From positions 326,257 through 390,256 of the forward strand of contig CAVZDB010000005.1 of assembly GCA_963773905.1 (NCBI GenBank): 64,000 nucleotides of DNA. Direction: 5' to 3'. Position numbers and translations under genes: made by a program. This document shows positions 42,331-50,199 of the stretch, one piece after another; within the stretch, counting starts at the first letter, position 1; each line of letters opens with the position of its first letter. This DNA comes from an uncultured Acidobacteriota bacterium (lineage in GTDB: Bacteria; Acidobacteriota; Thermoanaerobaculia; UBA5066; Gp7-AA6). The notes under the pieces were generated by a model. It was not told the origin of the DNA. It did no database searches and was given only the letters and a program-made list of their open reading frames with translations.

Positions 42331-43983
42331 TTACCGCCGCTGCAGGCGGGTGATCTCTTCGTCGAAGCCGGGCAGAATCGCGCGGAAGAACGCGTTCTCG
42401 ATCAGGCGTCCGATGACTTGCCACGTGCTCGAGCTGGGGTTCTCCACCGGCCCGGAGATGTCGGCCTCCGTCGCGACCTCTTTGCGCCCGTTCTCGAGCA
42501 GACTGGCCACTCCGCCGACGAGCTTTTCGTACAGCTTCCGAAAGAGACTCTTCTCGGCGTCCTGTCTCTGGTCGTAAACCTTCATGTCCTGGAAGAGGGG
42601 CTTGACGTAGCCGTCGATCCGGCCCCGCGCCACCTTCAGCTCGGTGTAAAACGAAAATTTCCCCGCGACGACGTCGAACTTCCCGTAGGAGCGGAAGAGG
42701 TCGTTCATCTTCTCCATCGGCGTGTTCTCGATCTGTCCCTTGAGGTCGAAGTCCGGCCCGTTCGCGTCGGCTCGGAAGGTCGCGGCGGCGGACGCTTCGC
42801 CGGCGCCCATGAACTTCCCCTTCAGCGAAACCTTCGCCGGGCCGGCCGCGAAGCCGTTGGAGTAGTTCTCGACGCGAAGGGTCACGGGCGCGAGGAAGAC
42901 GCGGTAGCCGGGCGTCTTCGCCTTGTTGACGAAGCCGACGTCGCAGTTCTCGAGCGCGAGGTGATCGACGCGCAGGACGGTGTCCGGATCGCGCGTTACC
43001 TCGCGCGCCGCCTGGCCGACCTGCTGCCGCCGGACCCGCTCCACCGCGGCGGTCGGCGCGGTGTGGACGTAATCGAGCCGCATGTCGCGGACCGTCAGAT
43101 CCTGCAAGTGGGCGAACCGCACCCGGGGGCCGTACTCGACCTCCCCCGCGAGCTGGAGGACGCCGTGGCGAATGTCGAGGTTCGACCGCGCGATGATCGG
43201 ATGGAAGGAGTCGAGCGGAATGCCGCTGAGATTCAGGAGGACGTGGATCCCCGTGAACGGCTCCGCCAGGAAGTCCGCGTGTCCATCGACCGTCGCGTGA
43301 CCGGTCTCGAACACGACCGCCTCGGCGTGGATCGGCGAGGGGTAGGACCGGTCCTTCGAGTGAATGTTGCGGATGTTGTTGGCGGTCAGCTGGAGGTGCG
43401 TGAGGTGAAGCGGCCGCTTCGGGTCCTCGTCGACGTAGGTCACCTCCCCATCCCGCACCCGAAACAGGTTGATCTTGAGCGGATAGATCTGTTCGACCGC
43501 CCGCTGCCAGCCTTTCTGTTTCACGGGAGTCTCATCCGAGGCCTCCTGGCGGAGCTGGGCGAGGTTGACGTACGCCACCGGCCGATCCAGGAGGAAGTCC
43601 GCGACCAGCCGCAGCGCGAGAAGCTCCCGCCACTGCACGGTGGCCTGAAGCCGTGGGAAGACCGCGATCGGCGGCTCGGGGTTGGCGTTCTGGCGCAGCG
43701 TGAGATTCACGAGCGTCAGCCCGAAGTCGAACGGCCGCAGGCGCAGCTTGCCGATCCGGACGCTGTAGCCCTCGAGGCTGGCGTTCATGCGCCTCTCCAT
43801 CGAACGGCGCATCGGCTCCGCGGCGATCGGAGGGAGAACAACCAGCAGCAGGAGAATGCCCGCGAGAATTCCCGCGGTCCAGACGGCGGCGCGGCGCCAT
43901 CCGCGAGGCCGCTGCCAATGCCGGGGTCGCGGCTTCGGGTGGCGGGCCGGCGAGGCGGCGCGAGGTCTCGGATTCGCAGACAC
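42331..43983 (-). CDS. DUF748-domain (AsmA-like clan) protein
   Basis: ORF of 550 aa. GTG 43983 is the only possible start before the TM helix (AAVWTAGILAGILLLLVVLPP). The repeated beta-rich architecture and C-terminal ...GRIDGYVKPLFQDMKVYD... are typical of DUF748. Confidence 0.75.
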   Translation of the reverse strand: MSANPRPRAASPARHPKPRPRHWQRPRGWRRAAVWTAGILAGILLLLVVLPPIAAEPMRRSMERRMNASLEGYSVRIGKLRLRPFDFGLTLVNLTLRQNANPEPPIAVFPRLQATVQWRELLALRLVADFLLDRPVAYVNLAQLRQEASDETPVKQKGWQRAVEQIYPLKINLFRVRDGEVTYVDEDPKRPLHLTHLQLTANNIRNIHSKDRSYPSPIHAEAVVFETGHATVDGHADFLAEPFTGIHVLLNLSGIPLDSFHPIIARSNLDIRHGVLQLAGEVEYGPRVRFAHLQDLTVRDMRLDYVHTAPTAAVERVRRQQVGQAAREVTRDPDTVLRVDHLALENCDVGFVNKAKTPGYRVFLAPVTLRVENYSNGFAAGPAKVSLKGKFMGAGEASAAATFRADANGPDFDLKGQIENTPMEKMNDLFRSYGKFDVVAGKFSFYTELKVARGRIDGYVKPLFQDMKVYDQRQDAEKSLFRKLYEKLVGGVASLLENGRKEVATEADISGPVENPSSSTWQVIGRLIENAFFRAILPGFDEEITRLQRR

Positions 43984-43995
43984 GCGGCTACGTCT

Positions 43996-44011
43996 CGCAA
44001 TCGACGTGCCA
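43996..44011 (-). promoter_or_regulatory. Putative sigma-54 promoter for the DUF748 operon (leaderless geometry)
   Basis: Minus strand TGGCACGTCGATTGCG. GTG 43983 follows exactly 12 nt after TTGCG. Confidence 0.7.
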
Positions 44012-44037
44012 GAGGCGACGCCTGGTCGAGCCCGCGG

Positions 44038-44433
44038 CTAGTGTCTCGCGGAGGAGACGCTCCGGGGCCGTGTGGCAGCCGATTCGCGGGGGAGGAGGCG
44101 TTCGATCGAACGCTCGAGCTCGCGAAACTCGAACGGTTTCACCAGGAAATCGTCGGCGCCGAGCAGCCGCGTGCGTGCGAGCCGGTCCGCGTGGGCCGAC
44201 ATGACGATGACCCCGCCGGCGAATCCGCCCTCGCGCAGGCGGACCAGGGCGCTCTCGCCGTCGACGAGCGGCATCAGGAGGTCGAGAATCACGAGGTCGA
44301 CGGGGCCCTCGCCCAACCGCTCGAGCGCCTCCTCGCCATTGCGCGCGGTCACGACATCGTAGCGGCGCGACAGCAGGGTCTCCATCCCCTCGAGGATTCC
44401 GAGATCGTCGTCGGCGATCAGGATGCGTCTCAT
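44038..44433 (-). CDS. Single-domain response regulator
   Basis: This is the last 131 codons of ORF 44038..45642(-), starting at ATG 44433. Motifs: MRRILIADDDLGILEGM...LVILDLLMPLVDG...LVKP. There is an ATGA-type overlap with the kinase stop. Confidence 0.85.
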   Translation of the reverse strand: MRRILIADDDLGILEGMETLLSRRYDVVTARNGEEALERLGEGPVDLVILDLLMPLVDGESALVRLREGGFAGGVIVMSAHADRLARTRLLGADDFLVKPFEFRELERSIERLLPRESAATRPRSVSSARH

Positions 44434-45506
44434 GCGGGCTCCAGTACGCTCCGCGGCAGCGTGATCGTGATCTGCGTCCCGCGATCCGGCTCGCTCGCGA
44501 CGGCGAGGTCGCCGCCGTGCCGCTCGAAGACGTCTCGCGCCGCCGCGAGCCCGAGGCCGAGGCCCGGGAAGTGGCGCCGGGGAACGTTGCTCGCCCGAAA
44601 GAACCGACGGCCGACCGACTCCAGATCCTCCCTCGGAATCCCGACGCCCTGATCTCGGATCGTGACGCGGTGCGGCCCTTCGTCGGCTCGAAGCTCGACC
44701 TCGACGTCCCCCCCGCGGGGCGAGAACTTGAGCGCGTTGTCGAGCAGCCCGTGGAAGGCCTGTTCGAGACTGCGGCTCTCTCCGTCGACGTCGGCCTGCT
44801 GGGGGCCGCGAAACGTCAGACGATGACGGACACGGCCCGGAGACTCGCGCAGCTCGTCGCAACGCAGGGCGACCAGGCGGCGCAGCAGTCCCGCGAGGTT
44901 CAGCCGCACCTTGTGGAGCGAGAGGCCGTGCCGATCTTCCGTCCGCAGCAGGTCGCTGATCAATCGACCCAGACGGTCGACCTGGACGCCGAGGCGGTCG
45001 AACATCTCGGGAGTGCAGACCTCTCCGGCGGCCGCCGCGCGGCGCATCACTTCCGCGTGCATCTTCACGGCCTGGAGCGGAGTGCGCAGCTCGTGCGCCA
45101 TCATCCGCAGCGCGGCCTCGCGGGACTCCTCCCCCCGTCGGCGGTCGTGAATGTCCAGACACGCGCCGACGAAGCCGTGGACCGCATCCGCCTCGTGGAT
45201 GGGAACGCCGCGCTCCAGAACCCAGCGATAGAGGCCGTCGTGGCGCCGCAGCCGGTACTCCACCTCGAAGGGCGCGAGGCCGCGCAGCGGATCGAGGAAC
45301 AGTTCCGCCCGGCGCCGCAGATCGTCGGGATGGACTCCCTGCATCCAGCCCTCGCCGAGCTCCTCCTCGCGGCTCCGCCCGGTGAATCGGAGCCACGTGT
45401 CGTTGAAGTAGTCGCGGTGGGCCTTCGCGCCGGAGCGCCAGATCAGCAGCGGAGCGTGGTCGAGAAGCGCGGCGGAGTCGGTGGTCGGGAGCCATTCCGG
45501 CAGCAT
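44430..45506 (-). CDS. PAS-domain sensor histidine kinase
   Basis: ORF 44430..45722(-), starting at ATG 45506. PAS: LLIWRSGAKAHRDYFNDTWLRFTGRS...GWMQGVHPDD...YRLRRHDGLYRWV. H-box MAHELRTPL, N-box LLDNALKFSP, then DQGVGI and GLGLGLAA. Confidence 0.85.
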   Translation of the reverse strand: MLPEWLPTTDSAALLDHAPLLIWRSGAKAHRDYFNDTWLRFTGRSREEELGEGWMQGVHPDDLRRRAELFLDPLRGLAPFEVEYRLRRHDGLYRWVLERGVPIHEADAVHGFVGACLDIHDRRRGEESREAALRMMAHELRTPLQAVKMHAEVMRRAAAAGEVCTPEMFDRLGVQVDRLGRLISDLLRTEDRHGLSLHKVRLNLAGLLRRLVALRCDELRESPGRVRHRLTFRGPQQADVDGESRSLEQAFHGLLDNALKFSPRGGDVEVELRADEGPHRVTIRDQGVGIPREDLESVGRRFFRASNVPRRHFPGLGLGLAAARDVFERHGGDLAVASEPDRGTQITITLPRSVLEPA

Positions 45507-45508
45507 CG

Positions 45509-46057
45509 TCAGGCTCCCCCGGCGCGCTCTCTCGGCGGGCCCGCCCCGCCAGAGACTCCCGACGCGCTGGCCGTACCGGCGAAGCGCCTCCGCCGCAGAA
45601 CCCGCAGGCTCGCCCGCAGGCGCTCGCGGGCCCAGGAGGCAAACAGACGCTCGAACAGCCGCAGGCCCACCCAGACCGTCGGATCGACGTACGCCCCGAG
45701 GGCTCTGCGCTCGCGGAGCCAACCGGCCGCGCCGGCGGCCGGAATCTCGTGCACGGCGAGTCCCGGAACCGATGAGGGCCGAGTCGCGCGGCGCGCGAGG
45801 AGCGGCGCCATCAGGATGCTCGAATGTCCGCCGGCCTCGTTCGGGATTCCGTAACGCGACATCGTGACGAGCTCACGCGCCTCGTACCCGAGCAGCGCGA
45901 GGAGCCGATTGACGGCAACGAAGTCGCGCCCGTCGCCGACGCCGGTGACGGTCACCGCGGGAAGCACGATCGTCTGGTCGGCGGTCAGGGTGCGCAGGAG
46001 GGCAATCTCTCCATCGCACGTCAGCCCCACGACGTGCAGCGTGTCTCGGAAATCCAA
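45509..46057 (-). CDS. Hypothetical protein (faint Nudix-fold resemblance, no Nudix box)
   Basis: This is the C-terminal 182 codons of ORF 45509..48598(-). The TTG 46057 start has GGAGGTGG upstream and a sigma-54 promoter 28 nt before it. The stop abuts the kinase start. Confidence 0.45.
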   Translation of the reverse strand: MDFRDTLHVVGLTCDGEIALLRTLTADQTIVLPAVTVTGVGDGRDFVAVNRLLALLGYEARELVTMSRYGIPNEAGGHSSILMAPLLARRATRPSSVPGLAVHEIPAAGAAGWLRERRALGAYVDPTVWVGLRLFERLFASWARERLRASLRVLRRRRFAGTASASGVSGGAGPPRERAGGA

Positions 46058-46083
46058 GAGACACCACCTCCAAGCCTTCGAGG

Positions 46084-46099
46084 AGCAAACGGCTTGCCA
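46084..46099 (-). promoter_or_regulatory. Putative sigma-54 promoter for the hypothetical-kinase-regulator operon
   Basis: Minus strand TGGCAAGCCGTTTGCT with correct spacing. Confidence 0.6.
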
Positions 46100-46128
46100 G
46101 CCGCCTCCCCGGTCGGGGCCGCGGAGGG

Positions 46129-47325
46129 TCAGCGGTTCTCGTGGAACGCGACGCGTTCCGAGGGGTGCTCCTCGCCCTGGAGGACCGCGTCGATCGCCCG
46201 GTCCTCGCCCGACGCGGCCGCCTCGGCGAGCTCCGCATGGTCGGCGACGACCTCGTTGCTCAGGTAATCGGAGAGCCAGATCTTCTCGATGATCGGATAG
46301 GCCGCGAAGAGCGGCAGGATGAGCACCGCTCCCACGACGCCGTAGAGGCTGCCTCCCACGATGAGCGCGAGGAGCACGACGAGCGGTGACAGACGGAGCC
46401 TGCGTCCGTACACCCGCGGAACGATGACGTAGTTCTCGAGCCCGTGGTACAGCAGGTAGAGGACCACGACGGCCGCCGCCGCGACCGGCGAAACCGTCAG
46501 CGCGAATAATGCCGCCGGGATCGTCGAGATGAAGACGCCCAGGATCGGCAGCACGTCGCAGATCGCCGCGAGCACGGCGAGCGGCAACGCGGAAGGCACG
46601 TGCAGGACCGTGAGCACCACGAACGCGAAACCTCCGTAGAGCAGCGACGTGAGCAGCTGGCCCTGCACGTACGCCATGACGACTTCGGAGACGGCCGGAA
46701 CGGTCTCGGCCATCTTCTGCCGGTGGCGGCGCGGCACGTACGCGAGGAGCCACGCGTAGGTGCGTTTCCCGTCGAGCAGCAGGTACAGCGAGAGGACCAG
46801 GACGAGGACCGCCGCGAGCGAGGCCTCGAGGACGAGCTGGCCCCACGCCAGCGGACGCTTGAGGGAGTGCGCGACCTCGGGCGAGGACGGCAGGTCGAAG
46901 ATTTGGGCCATCAGCTTCGCGATCAGCGGGTGATCGGGATTGAGGCGGGCCTGCGCGCTCCGCCGATACGCGCCGAGGTTCGCGGCGAGCTCCATCGTCT
47001 GGGTGGCGAGCGGCGGCAGGACCAGGAACACGAATAGCGCGAGGACGGCGAGCATCCCGCACGCGACGAGGCCGACCGACAGCGAACGCGAGACGCCCCG
47101 CCGCTCCAGGCGATCGACGATCGGCCATAGCGTCACCGCCAGCACGAGGGCGACGAACAGCACGAGGAGACTCGGGACGAGCCGCAGCAGCGCCCAGACG
47201 CAAGCCGCCGCGATCAGCACCTTGAGGATCGTCGAGACCGGCAGCTGCAGGCGGACCTCCGCCGGGTCCGGCCCGACAGCGGGCTCGCGGCCGTCGCGAG
47301 GCGCGGAAAGCTTGACGAACTCCAC
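46129..47325 (-). CDS. AI-2E family transporter (PerM-like); start uncertain (GTG 47325 proposed)
   Basis: ORF 46129..47445(-). It has about 8 TM helices and the motifs ...YVQGQLLTSLLYGGFAFVVL...ICDVLPILGVFIS...LENYVIVPRVYG.... ATG 47445 would lie inside the divergent gene. Confidence 0.8.
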   Translation of the reverse strand: MEFVKLSAPRDGREPAVGPDPAEVRLQLPVSTILKVLIAAACVWALLRLVPSLLVLFVALVLAVTLWPIVDRLERRGVSRSLSVGLVACGMLAVLALFVFLVLPPLATQTMELAANLGAYRRSAQARLNPDHPLIAKLMAQIFDLPSSPEVAHSLKRPLAWGQLVLEASLAAVLVLVLSLYLLLDGKRTYAWLLAYVPRRHRQKMAETVPAVSEVVMAYVQGQLLTSLLYGGFAFVVLTVLHVPSALPLAVLAAICDVLPILGVFISTIPAALFALTVSPVAAAAVVVLYLLYHGLENYVIVPRVYGRRLRLSPLVVLLALIVGGSLYGVVGAVLILPLFAAYPIIEKIWLSDYLSNEVVADHAELAEAAASGEDRAIDAVLQGEEHPSERVAFHENR

Positions 47326-47337
47326 GACGGTGCGATG

Positions 47338-47353
47338 CGCAAGAAGTGTGCCG
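47338..47353 (-). promoter_or_regulatory. Putative sigma-54 promoter for the AI-2E transporter gene (leaderless geometry)
   Basis: Minus strand CGGCACACTTCTTGCG. GTG 47325 follows exactly 12 nt after TTGCG. Confidence 0.6.
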
Positions 47354-47376
47354 CGCGCACGCGCGCGGGTCCAATG

Positions 47377-47392
47377 TGGCACGCGGGTTGCG
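47377..47392 (+). promoter_or_regulatory. Putative sigma-54 promoter for the DUF6600-like gene
   Basis: TGGCACGCGGGTTGCG with correct spacing, 26 nt before ATG 47417. Confidence 0.65.
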
Positions 47393-47416
47393 TTCCCTGC
47401 ACTGTGGGAGTTGAAA

Positions 47417-48685
47417 ATGAGAAAGCACACGGGAATTTTGTTCACCGTTCTCGCCGCCGCACTGGTGTGGACCGCGAGCGCGGCCGCCGCCCCGGTGGAG
47501 GTCAGCGTGTCCGTCTTCCATGATCAGCTCGCGCCTCACGGACGGTGGGTCGCGGCGGGCTCCTACGGCAACTGCTGGGTGCCCTCCGGAGTCGCCCGGG
47601 GGTGGGAGCCGTACGTCGACGGCCAGTGGGTCTACTCCGATTACGGATGGACCTGGGTCTCCGACGATCCCTGGGGCGACATCCCCTACCACTACGGCAC
47701 CTGGGCGTACGCCGATCCCTACGGCTGGGTCTGGGTCCCCGGAACCGTCTGGGCGCCCGCGTGGGTGACGTGGGCGTACACCGACGACTACGTCGGCTGG
47801 GCGCCCGTGCCGCCGAGCTTCGCCCTCTCCGCCACCGGCTACTTCGGCTCGCCGGTCGTCGTGACGTCGACGCACTACGTCTTCGTCCCGACGCGGCAAT
47901 TCGTCGGCGTGCGCGTCGCGACCGTGAGGGTCCCGGCGCAGCAGAGCGTCACGATCCTGCCGCACGCCGTGAAGACCACGCGCTTCGACGTCTCCCAGGG
48001 CGTCGTCCGCATCGCGGGTCCGCCGGAGAGCCGGGTCGCGCGCGTCGTCGGCCATCCCATCCAGCACGTCGCCGCGAATAGCCTCCGGGCCCGGCCCACC
48101 ACCCTGGCGGCAGGCGGGGTGACCGCGACGAAGAGCGTTCGTGTCGTCGCGCCGGAAACGGAGCGCGCCAAGATCGCCGCGGCGCCGGCGAGGAACGAGC
48201 CGGCCAGGAACGCGAAACACCAGGCCGAGACGAGGACCGCGCAGAAGGCCGAGAAGAATCCGAAGAAGCCGGCGCGTCCGGCGGCCGAGTCGAGTGCGCG
48301 CAACGAGAGCGCGACGGCGCACGCGCACGGGACCGAGCGGGCCGAGCCGAAGCCCAAGGCGCGTCCCGAGACCGAGACTCGCCAGGCGAACGTCGCGCAC
48401 ACGCAACAGGCTCCGAAGCCGAAGGCCAAGCCGAAGCCGGAACATCGGGCCGAGCCCGAAAAGCCACAGGCGACGGCACAGTCCGCGCACGAGGCCCAGC
48501 CGCGCGAGTCGGCCCAGGCGGAGCAGCGGGCGAAGGCCGAGAAGCCGCAGCCCGAGGCGCATCCGCAGAGTGAGACCCGCCAGGCGAACGCCGAGCATTC
48601 GCAGCCGGCTCCCAAGCCGAAGGCCCGGCCGCAGCAGAAGCCGCAGCCGCCGAAGGAGAAGGAGAAGCCCCCGAGTCAGGACTGA
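47417..48685 (+). CDS. Secreted Trp/Tyr/Gly-repeat (DUF6600-like) protein with a Lys/Pro/Ala/Glu-rich repetitive tail
   Basis: In the frame of ORF 46940..48685, starting at ATG 47417, with a signal peptide. WVAAGSYGNCWVPSGVARGWEPYVDGQWVYSDYGWTWVSDDPWGDIPYHYGTWAYADPYGWVWVPGTVWAPAWVTW. The tail carries two ETRQAN..H.Q.APKPKA.P copies. Confidence 0.8.
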   Translation: MRKHTGILFTVLAAALVWTASAAAAPVEVSVSVFHDQLAPHGRWVAAGSYGNCWVPSGVARGWEPYVDGQWVYSDYGWTWVSDDPWGDIPYHYGTWAYADPYGWVWVPGTVWAPAWVTWAYTDDYVGWAPVPPSFALSATGYFGSPVVVTSTHYVFVPTRQFVGVRVATVRVPAQQSVTILPHAVKTTRFDVSQGVVRIAGPPESRVARVVGHPIQHVAANSLRARPTTLAAGGVTATKSVRVVAPETERAKIAAAPARNEPARNAKHQAETRTAQKAEKNPKKPARPAAESSARNESATAHAHGTERAEPKPKARPETETRQANVAHTQQAPKPKAKPKPEHRAEPEKPQATAQSAHEAQPRESAQAEQRAKAEKPQPEAHPQSETRQANAEHSQPAPKPKARPQQKPQPPKEKEKPPSQD

Positions 48686-48699
48686 CGTCCTTCGCGATT

Positions 48700-48715
48700 C
48701 GGGAAGGCGTTCGCA
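48700..48715 (+). promoter_or_regulatory. Weak sigma-54-like promoter candidate for pyk
   Basis: CGGGAAGGCGTTCGCA. The spacing is correct but both elements are degenerate. Confidence 0.3.
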
Positions 48716-48761
48716 CCGTCATCGAACGGCGGTGCGAGCGTCCCCCTGCTAGTCTCTCCCG

Positions 48762-50174
48762 GTGGCGCGCACCAAGATCGTCTGCACCATCGGGCCGGCC
48801 TCGCGCTCCCGCGAAGGGCTCGCTCGGCTGGCCGAGGCCGGAATGGACGTCGCCCGGCTGAACTTCTCCCACGGCACCCACGCCGAGCACGCGGAGGTGG
48901 TCAGCCTCCTGCGTTCGGTCTCGGCCGCGGCCGGCCGCCCGATCGCGATCCTCCAGGACCTCTCCGGCGTCAAGATCCGCATCGGTGAATTCGCGGGGGG
49001 CGGCGTCCGTCTCGAGCCGGGCGCCGCATTCACCCTCACGGGCCGGCCCGTGGCCGGCGATGCGGCCGAGGTGTCCGTCAGCGTCCCCGATCTCCCGCAC
49101 AGCGTCGCGCCCGGGGACGCGGTGCTGCTCTCCGACGGCGAGCTGCAGCTGCGCGTGGAGGAGACGACGGCGACCGACGTGCGCTGCCGCGTCGTCGTCG
49201 GCGGCCGGCTGTCGTCGCACAAGGGCATCAGCCTGCCCCGCTCCCGCTCGGCACCGGGGATGACCCCCAAGGACCGCGACGACCTCCGCTTCGGCGCGGC
49301 GCACGGCGTCGACTACGTCGCGCTGTCCTTCGTCCGGAGCGCCGAGGACATCCGGCAGGCCCGGCAGGCGTTGCGCGAGCTCTCGGCGGCGACACCGCTG
49401 ATCGCCAAGATCGAGAACCCGGACGCGATCGCCCACATCGACGAGATCCTGGAGGCGTCCGACGGGATCATGGTGGCCCGCGGCGACCTCGGCGTCGAGA
49501 CGCCGCTCGAGCACGTCCCGCTGCTCCAGAAGATGCTGATCGAGAAGTCCAACCGCGCCGGGAAGCCCGTCATCACGGCGACCCAGATGCTGCTGTCGAT
49601 GGTCGACAATCCGCGGCCGACGCGCGCGGAGGTCGGCGACGTCGCCAACGCGATCCTCGACGGGACCGACGCGGTCATGCTCTCGGAGGAGACGGCCGCC
49701 GGACGCTACCCCGCGGAGGCGGCGGCGACGATGCAGCGCATCGCGCGCGACACCGAGACGGCGTTCCCCTTCGAGCATTGGATGCGCCGCTTCGAGGGCC
49801 GCGGCCTGCAGTCGCTTCCCGAGGCGGTCGCGGGCGCGGCCTGCGAGCTGGCGGAGCACGTGGGTGCCTCGGTGATCGTGGCCTGGACCGAGACGGGCGC
49901 GACGGCGCGGCTGGTCGCCAAGCACCGGCCGCGCCGGCCGATCCTGGCCCTCTGCACGTCCGAGGCGACGGCGCGGCGCCTCGCGCTGGTCTGGGGCGTC
50001 ATCCCTCTCGTCGTGGAGACGGCGGACGACACCGACACGATGCTGGAAAAGGCGCCCTCCATCGCGGTGGCGCATGGCCTGATGCGCTCCGGCGAGAAGG
50101 CGGTCATCACAGCCGGCGTCCCGCGCGGCGTCTCGGGCAGCACGAACCTGATCAAGGCTGCAGTGGCGCCATGA
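48762..50174 (+). CDS. pyk: Pyruvate kinase
   Basis: ORF of 470 aa with a GTG start. Motifs: TKIVCTIGPAS...GMDVARLNFSHG...ILQDLSGVKIR...MVARGDLGVE...ATQMLLSM...PTRAEVGDVANAI. Confidence 0.95.
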   Translation: MARTKIVCTIGPASRSREGLARLAEAGMDVARLNFSHGTHAEHAEVVSLLRSVSAAAGRPIAILQDLSGVKIRIGEFAGGGVRLEPGAAFTLTGRPVAGDAAEVSVSVPDLPHSVAPGDAVLLSDGELQLRVEETTATDVRCRVVVGGRLSSHKGISLPRSRSAPGMTPKDRDDLRFGAAHGVDYVALSFVRSAEDIRQARQALRELSAATPLIAKIENPDAIAHIDEILEASDGIMVARGDLGVETPLEHVPLLQKMLIEKSNRAGKPVITATQMLLSMVDNPRPTRAEVGDVANAILDGTDAVMLSEETAAGRYPAEAAATMQRIARDTETAFPFEHWMRRFEGRGLQSLPEAVAGAACELAEHVGASVIVAWTETGATARLVAKHRPRRPILALCTSEATARRLALVWGVIPLVVETADDTDTMLEKAPSIAVAHGLMRSGEKAVITAGVPRGVSGSTNLIKAAVAP

Positions 50175-50199
50175 GGGCGCCCGGCATCAGAGTAGCCCC

